The notes under the pieces were generated by a model, which was not told the origin of the DNA, made no database searches, and worked only from the letters and a program-made list of their open reading frames with translations. 64,000 bases of DNA, taken from positions 1-64,000 of IMG/VR virus record IMGVR_UViG_3300044511_000233; one strand, given 5' to 3'. Source of the DNA: a virus. The position numbers and the translations under genes are program-made. Of this stretch, positions 51,049-60,391 are shown piece after piece; positions within the stretch are counted from its first letter, which is position 1, and every line of letters starts with the position of its first letter.

Positions 51049-51992
51049 CCTTCAAATTGCTTGGAGACACACATCTTGGTCGAGAATTTATCCGGAATGT
51101 CCCCCTGTCCCGTCGCGGAGAGCGCGAGCGGCTTGTCTGGGCCGATTTCAAAGCCCAACTCGATCCTTCAGGTTATTCTCAGCACATCATGCTCGGAGAT
51201 CTCTTCGATCATTCCCGAGTATCATTTGAAACCATCGTGCGCGCGGCCCGTATCTACCGACAAACAGCTTCCGCAAGTCCAGACTGTCGATTCTTTATTC
51301 TAGCTGGTAACCACGACCTGTCTCGCGATCTTGAAGCGGTCTCGGCGTTCGAAGTTTTTGAGCTGCTTGTTGCTTCGATGAAGAACATCGTGGTTGTGAG
51401 GGAACCTCTCGTCGTCGATGACATGCTGCTCGTTGGATGGCACCCGACGAAGTCTGCAGCAGAGCTGGTTTCGTCGGTCACGCAAACCAGCCTGACATAT
51501 TACTTCGGTCACAATGACGTCGACGCACGGTCAGACCCATTCAACCTGATCCCCACCAAGGAGTTGGCGGCGCTGGGCGTCACTCACGCCTACACAGGGC
51601 ACGATCACACACCGCGGCAGTTCTCCAGAGATGGCGTCGAAGTCATTCTGCCGGGGTCTCTGCAGCCGTATTCGCACGGGGAAGACCCCTGCGGCTATTT
51701 CTACGTCACCGTTTCGCTCGACGAGGTCACGCAAACCCCTGAACTCTTCAAAGACAAATGCGTTCGAATCCGGCTGAAGCCAGGGGAGATCTTCGATCTG
51801 CAGCTTGATTGTCTGCAGCTTCAGGTCGAACGGGCTGAGCAAACAGATCAGAGCGAAGATCTTGATGTGTCGCTCGGCGATTTTAATCTCCAGAAGATTT
51901 TTGATGATGTCGTCGAGGAGTTTTCACTCCCTGCGACTGTTGCCGAGCCTTTGAGAGAGAAATGGGCAACGACTTTCCGCTCCGAGGGTTGA
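51045..51992 (+). CDS. sbcD: Mre11/SbcD-like nuclease
   Basis: DTHLG, GDLFD, GNHD, GHDH. Confidence 0.88.
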   Translation: MTFKLLGDTHLGREFIRNVPLSRRGERERLVWADFKAQLDPSGYSQHIMLGDLFDHSRVSFETIVRAARIYRQTASASPDCRFFILAGNHDLSRDLEAVSAFEVFELLVASMKNIVVVREPLVVDDMLLVGWHPTKSAAELVSSVTQTSLTYYFGHNDVDARSDPFNLIPTKELAALGVTHAYTGHDHTPRQFSRDGVEVILPGSLQPYSHGEDPCGYFYVTVSLDEVTQTPELFKDKCVRIRLKPGEIFDLQLDCLQLQVERAEQTDQSEDLDVSLGDFNLQKIFDDVVEEFSLPATVAEPLREKWATTFRSEG

Positions 51993-52199
51993 GACTGATC
52001 CGTTCTAAAGTAGTCCTAGACTACGCCGAGTTCCAACTTCTGGAATACCTTATCGAACGTGCGGAGCAGAGGAATTATTGGGATTCGCTACTACGGGCCC
52101 GAGCGCATGATCACGTTGATCTGATGCTTCAGAACATCATCATGAAGACGCGATGGGCGGGGCTTGAGGAAGCACTGAAGAGGTTGAAGGAAGAGGTCG

Positions 52200-54194
52200 A
52201 TGCTGAAGAGCCTGTTGTATAGTGTCACTTTTCCGGCTACTGGACGCTCCCTAACGGGAGCGTTTGAGTTTGAGAAGGGCACTTACGCTATCACCGGAGT
52301 CAATGAGTCAGGCAAGTCATTCTGCATCGAGATGATCAGGTTCTGCCTTTTTGGCTCGGCGGCGCTTCGAGGGAAGGCCGACGATTATAAAGGCCTCACA
52401 GCGACCCTTAGCCTCGCGCTCAAAAACACCGATTACACAATCACACGCACCCTCACGTCAGCTAAGATTGAGAGTGAGGGCGCCACGCTCGCGGTGGGTG
52501 TGAGGCCCACAAATTCAAAAATCCTCTCGATCTTGGGTTTTGATCTCAACGTTTTCGATGTCGCGTGCTGCGCTAACCAAGCTGACATTACACGGTTCGG
52601 GGACCTTGGTTCGGCGGAACGTAAGCGCCTCGTCGATGATGTGATCGGGCTCAGCAAAATTGACACGATCGTCAAATGGGCGTCGGAGCAGCGACTGCTC
52701 CTCGGCCGGGAGGTCGAGGTGCTCGAGCGCGGGCTAGTCGAGCCGATCGTGCCGACGAAACTCGACAACTATGCACCGGCTGACGATTTGCAGCGACACG
52801 TCGTCTCGCTTCGTGAGCAGAAGTCAGAGTTTGACCGGCTCGTCGGGTGGTTGGTGCATGACCGCGTGGCGCCGATCGAACCGGCGGCGCCTGCGGTCGA
52901 GATGACCGAGGAGCAGCTCGAGGCCGAACTGGCGGCGATCGACGCCGCGGCGGCCGAGCGCCGGCACATCGAGCGTCTACCGATTGTCGACTTCGACGTC
53001 GCTGCGGTGCGTGCTGATTGGGAGGCATACGACCGCTATTTGGAACGTGAGCGGTTCGAGAGGACCCATCCGCTACCGTCACTGACACGCGAAGAGCTCC
53101 TTGCTCAGGAGCAGCAGGCCGAGCAATGGAGCCGATTGCAGGACCTGCGCGAGCAACACACGCGCGCGCTCGAATCTCTTGAAGTCGATTGCCCGAGCTG
53201 CGGCCACCATTTCCACCTTGATCATGCCAAGATTGCTGAACTGGAGGCGATGATCGCCGAGATTGGCGCCGTGTTCGAACCCGCGTCAACATATCTTGAA
53301 CGGCAAGCTGCAGCGCGTGAGCTTGAAGATTGGAACAATCCCGCGACGCTTACTGATTGGGAGCGCGTCAAGGACACCCCGCCCGCTGAACGCCCGCCCG
53401 TGGCCCGTGAGCGTCTCAAGGACGCCGTGGAGGGCATTACGCCCGCCGAACGCGAGCGACGACTCAGCGAGCTCCCGCAGGGCCGCGATAGGGGCATTGT
53501 CGCGGGCGAGCTCCAGAGCCTGCGCGAGTGGCGCGTCCGCTGCGATCGATACGTGACGGACCTAGAGCAATTTCAGGCATGGAAATTGGAACACAACATT
53601 AAGGGGGTCCGTGCCGCGGAGCTCGCCCCCCTTATCGGGACGCTGCCGGACATCGAGCGCCGCCTGAACGAGGCCCGGATCTACGAGCAGCAGCTCCTCG
53701 CCATCCATAAAGCAAAAGCGGACTATGACGCGCGCACCGCGGAGGTCGCCGGCAAGAAGACTGAGGTCGAAGCTTGGAAGACCGCCGGCGCCGTCCTCGC
53801 CGAGGTGCGGACGCGTGTGAAAACCTATCTCGTTCCCAGCCTCTCCAAAGTGGCGAGCCATCTGCTTTCGCAGATGACGGGGGGTCAGCGATCATCGATC
53901 ATGGTCGATGAGAACTTCGAGATCATGGTCGACGGGCAGCGGCTCGACACACTGTCTGGATCTGGGAAAGCGTGCGCCAATCTAGCGCTGCGCATTGGGC
54001 TCGGGCAGGTGCTGACGAACAACGTCTTGTCGCTCTTCATCGGCGACGAGATTGACGCGTCAATGGATGAAGATCGTGCGGCATCGACACAAGACTCTCT
54101 AGGGAGTCTGACGCAATCGATCTCCCAAATCATTCTGGTTACTCATAAGATTCCTCAAGCCGACAAGGTAATTCGCCTGATGGCTGGAGGATAA
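52200..54194 (+). CDS. sbcC: Rad50/SbcC-like ATPase
   Basis: GVNESGKS, CPSC zinc hook, LSGSG, GDE, VTH. Confidence 0.9.
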   Translation: MLKSLLYSVTFPATGRSLTGAFEFEKGTYAITGVNESGKSFCIEMIRFCLFGSAALRGKADDYKGLTATLSLALKNTDYTITRTLTSAKIESEGATLAVGVRPTNSKILSILGFDLNVFDVACCANQADITRFGDLGSAERKRLVDDVIGLSKIDTIVKWASEQRLLLGREVEVLERGLVEPIVPTKLDNYAPADDLQRHVVSLREQKSEFDRLVGWLVHDRVAPIEPAAPAVEMTEEQLEAELAAIDAAAAERRHIERLPIVDFDVAAVRADWEAYDRYLERERFERTHPLPSLTREELLAQEQQAEQWSRLQDLREQHTRALESLEVDCPSCGHHFHLDHAKIAELEAMIAEIGAVFEPASTYLERQAAARELEDWNNPATLTDWERVKDTPPAERPPVARERLKDAVEGITPAERERRLSELPQGRDRGIVAGELQSLREWRVRCDRYVTDLEQFQAWKLEHNIKGVRAAELAPLIGTLPDIERRLNEARIYEQQLLAIHKAKADYDARTAEVAGKKTEVEAWKTAGAVLAEVRTRVKTYLVPSLSKVASHLLSQMTGGQRSSIMVDENFEIMVDGQRLDTLSGSGKACANLALRIGLGQVLTNNVLSLFIGDEIDASMDEDRAASTQDSLGSLTQSISQIILVTHKIPQADKVIRLMAGG

Positions 54195-54197
54195 GTT

Positions 54198-54599
54198 GTG
54201 AATGACGAGCTACTGCGGCAGGAGCTGAAGAGGCATAGTTATAACGTTTCAAAAACAGCCAGGGTTCTTGGGATCGATTACTTTGATCTAGTGAAACGAC
54301 TTCACCCATCGAACGAGTCGATGCGCCAACTCACCATTCCGAAAGGAGGGTATCCCGAGGACATCACGACGCTTGGGAAGCCTGGGATGGAAAGTTATGT
54401 CATCGCGGTGAAGAAGATCACCTACAATTGGCCCGTCCAGTTCATGAATGCGATCCATAACGCTCGTCGAAAATACGACGACGGCACTCATGAGATGTGT
54501 CAAGAAACTCGTTCTGATGGGTGGATCGTTCTGTATCTCATCCCGCGCAAGCACCCCGACAAGAACCGTCAACCCTACTTCTTCAGGCGGGGGGTGTGA
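54198..54599 (+). CDS. Hypothetical protein with N-terminal Fis-like HTH
   Basis: LKRHSYNVSKTARVLGI. Confidence 0.55.
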   Translation: MNDELLRQELKRHSYNVSKTARVLGIDYFDLVKRLHPSNESMRQLTIPKGGYPEDITTLGKPGMESYVIAVKKITYNWPVQFMNAIHNARRKYDDGTHEMCQETRSDGWIVLYLIPRKHPDKNRQPYFFRRGV

Positions 54600-54823
54600 T
54601 GCAGAAGAGACGTCACTCTATTTGGGAAGCCCTGCTGAACACAATATCGGGGTTTTTGGTCTCGTTCTTCCTATCGCTTGCTGTGCTTCCGCTGTTCGGG
54701 TTCCCTGCGTCGGCTGGACAAGCTTTCAGCATCACTATGATCTTCACCGTTGTTTCGATCGTGAGGTCATACTTCTGGCGCCGCCTGTTCAACTGGCTGC
54801 ATGTGACGGGGAGGTTGTCATGA
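54599..54823 (+). CDS. Small two-TM membrane protein
   Basis: MQ..RHS..EA..N...RSY..RRLFN pattern. Confidence 0.75.
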   Translation: MQKRRHSIWEALLNTISGFLVSFFLSLAVLPLFGFPASAGQAFSITMIFTVVSIVRSYFWRRLFNWLHVTGRLS

Positions 54824-55233
54824 GCGCTCTTCGTTTCAACAAGGGAAAGTTCTTGATGTCGCTCGTGCCGACGTCGCTGCTCCGCTACACTGCTGCAGGA
54901 CTGACCTACGGCGCCATCAAGTATAACAAAGACAATTGGCGCACGGGGTTCGAATATCGATCCTTGCTCGACTCTCTCAAGCGCCACCTTTCGGACTTCG
55001 AAGACGGCAAGGACTTCGACGAGGAGAGCGGCCTTCCTTCACTGGCGCTGATCGCCACCAACCTTGCGTTTCTGATCGAACATTGGGACAAGGGGCTGGG
55101 GAATGATGATCGAGTGATCGTCGGAGAGGGGAGAGTCCTGGAGTTCAAAACGCCGAAGTTGGACTCGAAAGATCTAACGGCGGAAGAGCTTCAGAAGCTG
55201 TTGGAAGAGGGGACCGTCGTCCATGACCGCTGA
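54820..55233 (+). CDS. DUF5664 dATP/dGTP diphosphohydrolase domain protein
   Basis: R.N.GK..MSLVP, YGAIKY..DNW, SL.RH, D.ESGLP.LA. Confidence 0.85.
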   Translation: MSALRFNKGKFLMSLVPTSLLRYTAAGLTYGAIKYNKDNWRTGFEYRSLLDSLKRHLSDFEDGKDFDEESGLPSLALIATNLAFLIEHWDKGLGNDDRVIVGEGRVLEFKTPKLDSKDLTAEELQKLLEEGTVVHDR

Positions 55234-55575
55234 GGAAGAACTCATCACGAAGGTTGCACTTGCGATAAGCGGATCGGGCGTCGTGTCTCCTGCATCACTG
55301 CGGAAGGCGCGCGCCGCCGTTGATGTTGCTCGCCCTATTATCGAGCGAGAGATACTGGAGAAGATGGGAACAAGCGCTACAGTTAGCGTGAAACACTCTC
55401 CAAGGGCACAACCTCTCCCCGAGGTGCCTTAAAGCTACATCGGATGGCCTGCAGCATACGCAGACCCTCCTTTTTCAAGTCCTCATTCTGAACTGTGTCC
55501 AGCGTCTTAACCAATGACGCGTAGGCCATTGCGCGCGCGGCTACCTGATCCTCGATCGCTAGAGGGTCGAGACCT

Positions 55576-55821
55576 TCACTCTCCGTCTCGTCGCTCACGG
55601 GCTTTTCTCCAGATCTCAATCCAAACCTGGATGGTCTTGGACATCACGAAGACCCCCGCCAGCCACGGGCCGAGCAGCACGGGGATGTCGTGCGTTTCCT
55701 GTAACCATTTGACCCACCACGGAGCTGAGCCGACAGCCCCAGCCGCGGCGAGCGCGATCTTGTCGCTGATCGTTGGAAACAGGTCGTTCAGGGCCTGCAA
55801 ATGATGCTGCGGAGTCGACAT
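55576..55821 (-). CDS. Putative holin
   Basis: 81 aa with two hydrophobic segments and a charged C-terminus, in the lysis cassette. Confidence 0.6.
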   Translation of the reverse strand: MSTPQHHLQALNDLFPTISDKIALAAAGAVGSAPWWVKWLQETHDIPVLLGPWLAGVFVMSKTIQVWIEIWRKARERRDGE

Positions 55822-56138
55822 TAGAATATCTCCCACCACGCTTTGGTTTTGGGCTCAGGCGCCGCAAGCCGCTCGTCACGATCCTGACGCCAGTCGACAA
55901 GAGCCTTCTGACGACCGGCGCAGTCGACAAGGTATGCCCGATCGCGGCTCCAGAGCCTCTCCGCCTCGCCCGCGCTCACGGCGCGGCCCGGAAGCACGCC
56001 TGGACGACGACACGGCTCCTCCAGAGGAGCCGGCGGGGGCGAGAGCGTGGGTGGGGCGCTAACGTACTTTGTTGAGCCGGCGCATCCCGTCAGCGTCAAA
56101 ACAAGCGCGAGCATCGTTGCGGTGCGAGTCAGCGTCAT
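55821..56138 (-). CDS. o-spanin (Rz1-like lipoprotein)
   Basis: Lipobox LTGC, Pro-rich, overlaps the i-spanin. Confidence 0.85.
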   Translation of the reverse strand: MTLTRTATMLALVLTLTGCAGSTKYVSAPPTLSPPPAPLEEPCRRPGVLPGRAVSAGEAERLWSRDRAYLVDCAGRQKALVDWRQDRDERLAAPEPKTKAWWEIF

Positions 56139-56430
56139 TTTCGGCAAGCCTCTTCTCAACGTCAGTCTTCTCGGCGCGCAGCGTCTTGATGGTGCGATCC
56201 GCCTGAATACGAGCAGCCTCGAGCGCGTCGAGCTGCCGTTCCTGTTCCGCCGCCGCGGCGGCAGTGATCTGCTGCTCACGCGCGTTGTAAGTCTCGCGCC
56301 ATTTGGCGGAGGTCGAGAGGTGCGCCCAAAGAGCCCCGATGCTGAGGCCGATGATGAGGGCGCCAATCCAGGTGGTGGCAAACTCGAAGACCTTGGACGC
56401 GATCGTCTTCAGGATCAGGACATAGCTCAC
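56059..56430 (-). CDS. i-spanin (Rz-like)
   Basis: N-terminal TM followed by a coiled coil. Confidence 0.8.
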   Translation of the reverse strand: MSYVLILKTIASKVFEFATTWIGALIIGLSIGALWAHLSTSAKWRETYNAREQQITAAAAAEQERQLDALEAARIQADRTIKTLRAEKTDVEKRLAENDADSHRNDARACFDADGMRRLNKVR

Positions 56431-57458
56431 TGTGGCAGATCCCCATTTTGCGCCTTCTTGACGCGTTCATCGATGATCGTGTGGATCGCGTTCCAGCCGT
56501 AGTAGAGGGTCACGAGGAACACGACGGCGGCGAGCGCGCCGAGGATGATGATCCAGTGCGACGCAAACCACTCGGCGATGTCTGATAGGGCCGAGACGCT
56601 GTCCTTAGCCTGTGAGACGGCGTCAGCCGTTTCTGAGATGCTTTGCGCGGTAGTCTGAACCTGATCCAGCGTGCCTTGCGGATCGGACACTACCGTGCCA
56701 GCCGTGCCGGCGCCGGTGACGGCGCCAGTGACAACGACCTTCTTGAGCATTGACGCCGCTTCCGCCGTCTTCGAGCCCATGGCGAGCAGATCTTTATTGG
56801 TCAGCTCCTCGAGGGGTTTCGCCTCGGCGGAACGGTCGTGCATGACGGCGGATTTGAAGTGCGCCATCGGGAATGCGGGACCGGGGTCGCTCTTGCGCGT
56901 CGGCGCAATGTCCTCGTGCCCGACGATATTCTCCTCGGCGATGTTATAGGTGTGCTGGATCGCGCGAGAGACCTCGATCAGAGCATCGAGCTGCTCCTGC
57001 GGATACTCCTGCCAGTGCGTCGTTGACGGCCACAGCTTCTGCCGACCTTCGACGGCTTCCTTCTTTGGACACTCACGCGACTTCGCGACCTCGAAATAGA
57101 ACTTGCCATCTCCCTTCTTGACGAGCGGTCCGGCGTTGACAAGCTCGATGCCGATCATGAAGCCGTTGCACATTTGGCGCCCGCGCCAGGATGATGGTCC
57201 GGCGTGCCAACACACGGCGCTCAGGGGCGCGAGCTGGTAGACGGTCCCGTCCCGATCGATGACAAGATGCGCGGAGGCCTTTGCGGAGCCGGTTGTCAGA
57301 GTGGAGATAGCGCTCTCGGCGTTTAGAGAGGCTGTATAATGGATGGTGAGGCCTATAGGTGTTTTGAGAACACGCCCTGAAGACAACTTTTTCGTCGGCC
57401 GTTGGTCGACCTTCTCACCATTGTGATACAGGAGATGGTTCTTGATCGAGAAGGTCAT
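56427..57458 (-). CDS. Endolysin, Amidase_2 with C-terminal TM segment
   Basis: IHYTA, SAH, WHAG, IGIE, GHEDIAP.RK.DPG; WIIILGALAAVVFLVTLYYGW. Confidence 0.93.
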   Translation of the reverse strand: MTFSIKNHLLYHNGEKVDQRPTKKLSSGRVLKTPIGLTIHYTASLNAESAISTLTTGSAKASAHLVIDRDGTVYQLAPLSAVCWHAGPSSWRGRQMCNGFMIGIELVNAGPLVKKGDGKFYFEVAKSRECPKKEAVEGRQKLWPSTTHWQEYPQEQLDALIEVSRAIQHTYNIAEENIVGHEDIAPTRKSDPGPAFPMAHFKSAVMHDRSAEAKPLEELTNKDLLAMGSKTAEAASMLKKVVVTGAVTGAGTAGTVVSDPQGTLDQVQTTAQSISETADAVSQAKDSVSALSDIAEWFASHWIIILGALAAVVFLVTLYYGWNAIHTIIDERVKKAQNGDLPQ

Positions 57459-57460
57459 AA

Positions 57461-58009
57461 TTAACTCCGTGCGAACTCGCCGAAATGCCTCTGCGCTGCC
57501 TCGGCGTATTTTGCTGAGGCAAGTTCTGCAGAAGTAAACGTGCCAAGATAGATAGGCTTACCCAGAACGGTAATGCGGGCGATGTAGTTCCCAGATGTTA
57601 CCTGTCGGACACCCTTGACCCCGAGCTCATTATCGCAACGGGCGGTCATATTCGCCTTGTTTTGGGAATGAGTAGCCTTGCGAATATTGTCCCACTTATT
57701 ATTGTTCCGGGTAAGGTCTCGATGATCAATTTTGTCTGAGGGCCATAACCCTGTCATCCAGAACCATGCGAGTATGTGGGCTTTATAAGAACGTTCAAAA
57801 ATTTCTATCTGGACATACCCTTCATTGTTAAGCGAACCTGCTTGGGTTCCAGCCCAGCAAAAGTTCCATTGCCGACAGGTTCGTTCAGCAGGACGTTTTT
57901 CCGTATTACGGAAAAGGTCAGGTGTCCGAACACGCCAAGTGAACACACCTGTTTCAGGGTCGTAATCCAGCAGCCGTTTGAGAAGCTCTTGGGTGAGTTC
58001 GCGCTTCAT
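57461..58009 (-). CDS. HNH homing endonuclease (HNH-AP2)
   Basis: LLDYDPETG, IDHRDL..NNNKWDNIR, HFGEFAR. Confidence 0.9.
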   Translation of the reverse strand: MKRELTQELLKRLLDYDPETGVFTWRVRTPDLFRNTEKRPAERTCRQWNFCWAGTQAGSLNNEGYVQIEIFERSYKAHILAWFWMTGLWPSDKIDHRDLTRNNNKWDNIRKATHSQNKANMTARCDNELGVKGVRQVTSGNYIARITVLGKPIYLGTFTSAELASAKYAEAAQRHFGEFARS

Positions 58010-58185
58010 TTGCGTTCCCCCACAACCTGTGCAGGGGGCGCGTCTCCATAAATTTCGACGTAGGCCGCTCGGATTTGCTGCAACAGCCAATCGCTGGACG
58101 ACGTCTTCTTCAGACGCGCAAGAGCCGCCAGCTTCAGGCGGTCTTCCAAGGTCCCGTAAGATGCGATCAAAACGCTGCGAGCCAT
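58006..58185 (-). CDS. 59-aa ribbon-helix-helix-like regulator (not in the ORF track)
   Basis: MARSVLIASYGTLEDRLKLAALARLKKTSSSDWLLQQIRAAY...; stop overlaps the HNH ATG (ATGA). Confidence 0.65.
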   Translation of the reverse strand: MARSVLIASYGTLEDRLKLAALARLKKTSSSDWLLQQIRAAYVEIYGDAPPAQVVGERK

Positions 58186-58205
58186 GCCAAACCATATGGT
58201 TTGGC
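58186..58205. promoter_or_regulatory. Perfect 20-bp palindrome GCCAAACCATATGGTTTGGC
   Basis: Abuts the start codon of the RHH-like gene. Confidence 0.8.
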
Positions 58206-58227
58206 GTGCTAGTAAGGTTTAGTAGGG

Positions 58228-59688
58228 CTACAACTCTGAGCTCGCTTCAAGCAATGTCGTGGACGTCAAACCGCCCAACGCAGGTTGACCTGCAATCAGA
58301 CCGGAGAATCCCCCCAGCGATGTTTGAAAACTATTGACCGTCGTAGTGTCTCCCGTTTTACTCAGTGCAGCAGCAGCAGGGAATGATGTTCCGATCAAAA
58401 ACTCGTTCGTCCCATTTAAGGATGTAACGATTAGCGCCAAAGTAGGGGAGGCTCTTTTGACGCTTAGTCGCCCGGCAACTCTCACTTGGGTGGTTGATGT
58501 GACAATGCCAGACAGGCCTTGCAGAGGGACCCTCTCATAATAGTGCAGACAATCAGCAAGGATATGGGAGTAGCTACAATATTCAAAGGGTGTTGCAATC
58601 GAACCGATCTCACACTGCAGACTGCTGAACTTGGCGGTGATATTACCCGGAGCACCAACTTTCATTAGATATAACTGGAACGAACACCCATTAATGAGGT
58701 TGGCTGTATTCGCTGATGGGATTATAACCGTTACTTTCCCGGCACTACTGGGAGGAGTGAATGCAATTGTCGCGGCCGTTGTGGTATAATCATTTGAATC
58801 TACCCCAGAATTAGTCAGTAGAATTAGCTGCCCAGATATGGTTCCGGCACTAGGCACTGCCTCAAGATCAAACGAGACGGCGATAGATTGTCCTGCAGCA
58901 TGTCGAACCGCATTACTGGAAAGCCGTTGCTCTAAAATAAGATTACCATTTACAGCTACAGCCGTCGCCTGAAGTTGGATCGCTTTTGGGGAACGAAACC
59001 CTATCGGCGATGCTACTTGAGAAACTGACATCGAAGCGACGCTTGTCGACAGTCTCCATCGATCCGTAAGATATTTAGGTGTCCCTGCCACTACGGTCGT
59101 CGCTGTTCCTCGTTGCCACACATCGAGAGAACCGTTGATGAAGAGGTTCCTTCCTGAGTAACCAGGAGAGCTAAGGCCGAATGGATGATCAACGACGCCG
59201 GTCGTCTTGTCGATCTGGATTGTGTCCAGCAGAGACCCATCAACGGCGCCCGAGGCGCCGACAGCGATCGAAGGAACGCCTCCAGATATTTTGATCTTCA
59301 GACGGGCCGTTGAGTCGTCGATCGTGCGACTAAGATCCGGATCTGTGTCTGTTCCCTGATTAAGCAAGTCCTGGATCGCCTTCGCCACCGAGCCCTGAGC
59401 AGGGATCGACATGCGGATGATCGCGTAGGCGACGCCGGTTTGAGCTGTTGCCGTCCATGGCCGCGCCAGTTTCAGATGCGTGGCATCCGTCACTTCGACG
59501 ATCGGAATCGCGTCGATGCCGTCGACGATAAAAAGGTCGCCACGGCCGGCGACGTATTCTGAAACGAGTGTGTTGGGGTTTGTGGTGACGAGCTGCGTCC
59601 CGGCGACTGTAACGTCGCGAGAACCATTGGCGATCGTCGCCGCGCCTTGTGTCCAATCTGGGAGACCGCGGCCTGAAACGATCGGCAT
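58228..59688 (-). CDS. Tail fibre / receptor-binding protein
   Basis: RNLFINGSLDVWQRG, DRW, ATPFE..C..YY fibre motifs. Confidence 0.85.
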   Translation of the reverse strand: MPIVSGRGLPDWTQGAATIANGSRDVTVAGTQLVTTNPNTLVSEYVAGRGDLFIVDGIDAIPIVEVTDATHLKLARPWTATAQTGVAYAIIRMSIPAQGSVAKAIQDLLNQGTDTDPDLSRTIDDSTARLKIKISGGVPSIAVGASGAVDGSLLDTIQIDKTTGVVDHPFGLSSPGYSGRNLFINGSLDVWQRGTATTVVAGTPKYLTDRWRLSTSVASMSVSQVASPIGFRSPKAIQLQATAVAVNGNLILEQRLSSNAVRHAAGQSIAVSFDLEAVPSAGTISGQLILLTNSGVDSNDYTTTAATIAFTPPSSAGKVTVIIPSANTANLINGCSFQLYLMKVGAPGNITAKFSSLQCEIGSIATPFEYCSYSHILADCLHYYERVPLQGLSGIVTSTTQVRVAGRLSVKRASPTLALIVTSLNGTNEFLIGTSFPAAAALSKTGDTTTVNSFQTSLGGFSGLIAGQPALGGLTSTTLLEASSEL

Positions 59689-59692
59689 TTCT

Positions 59693-60380
59693 CTACCTCA
59701 ATGCTTTCTCGGAAGTTGCATTGCGGATATGGTGCTTGCTCGCTTGACGATCAACCTCGATCTGCGCAAGCACCGCGTTGGCGCGAGCCGCGTTCTGAAT
59801 AATCAGCGCCTTCAGTTCACCCACGGTGATCCCGCGCATTGCAGCCTCAGCAACAAGAGTAGGGTGATTGCCTTTGCGCTTCGCCCACTTTAGCTTCTCG
59901 CTATAAAGCACCTGCAACAACGGGGCATATTGCGCATCGAGCTGAGTAAGCGCATTCTGCCGCAATGGCTCGAGATCAATTTTGGATGATAGCTTCAAGA
60001 GTGAAATCCTTCTTGATGTAGCCCGAGCACTCGATCTCGAACCGATACGACCCCTCGGTCTGCGGAGTGAACTCTAGTGTTGTGGAGGCATCCATAGTGC
60101 CCTGTGCCACGCCGTTGATTGAGATAAGACTCCCATCAGGCACGCCGGCAATAATGGACTCGACGTTAACTGTAAGCGCAGGAGGAATAACAAGGCCCAT
60201 AGGGACACGCTGACGAATAGTCAGATCAGGAAGAACCTCAATCTCATTAATAGGAATGGTCTCATTAGTTAGAATAAAGTTGGTGATACCCTCTTGTTCG
60301 AGAAACTCTTGATACGTTGGGGGAGCAACATTGATAATATGCTGTACCTGATACGTTGCCGGATCATAAAACACGAACAT
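59693..60380 (-). other. Two small tail-associated CDS (59693-59998, 59976-60380)
   Basis: Coupled ORFs within the tail operon. Confidence 0.6.
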
Positions 60381-60391
60381 TATCTTCCCCT

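Noticed and set aside
45031-55233. Z-genome (2-aminoadenine) or 7-deazaguanine pathway
   Set aside because: No PurZ, DatZ-like HD, QueC/D/E, FolE or DpdA recognisable in the window.
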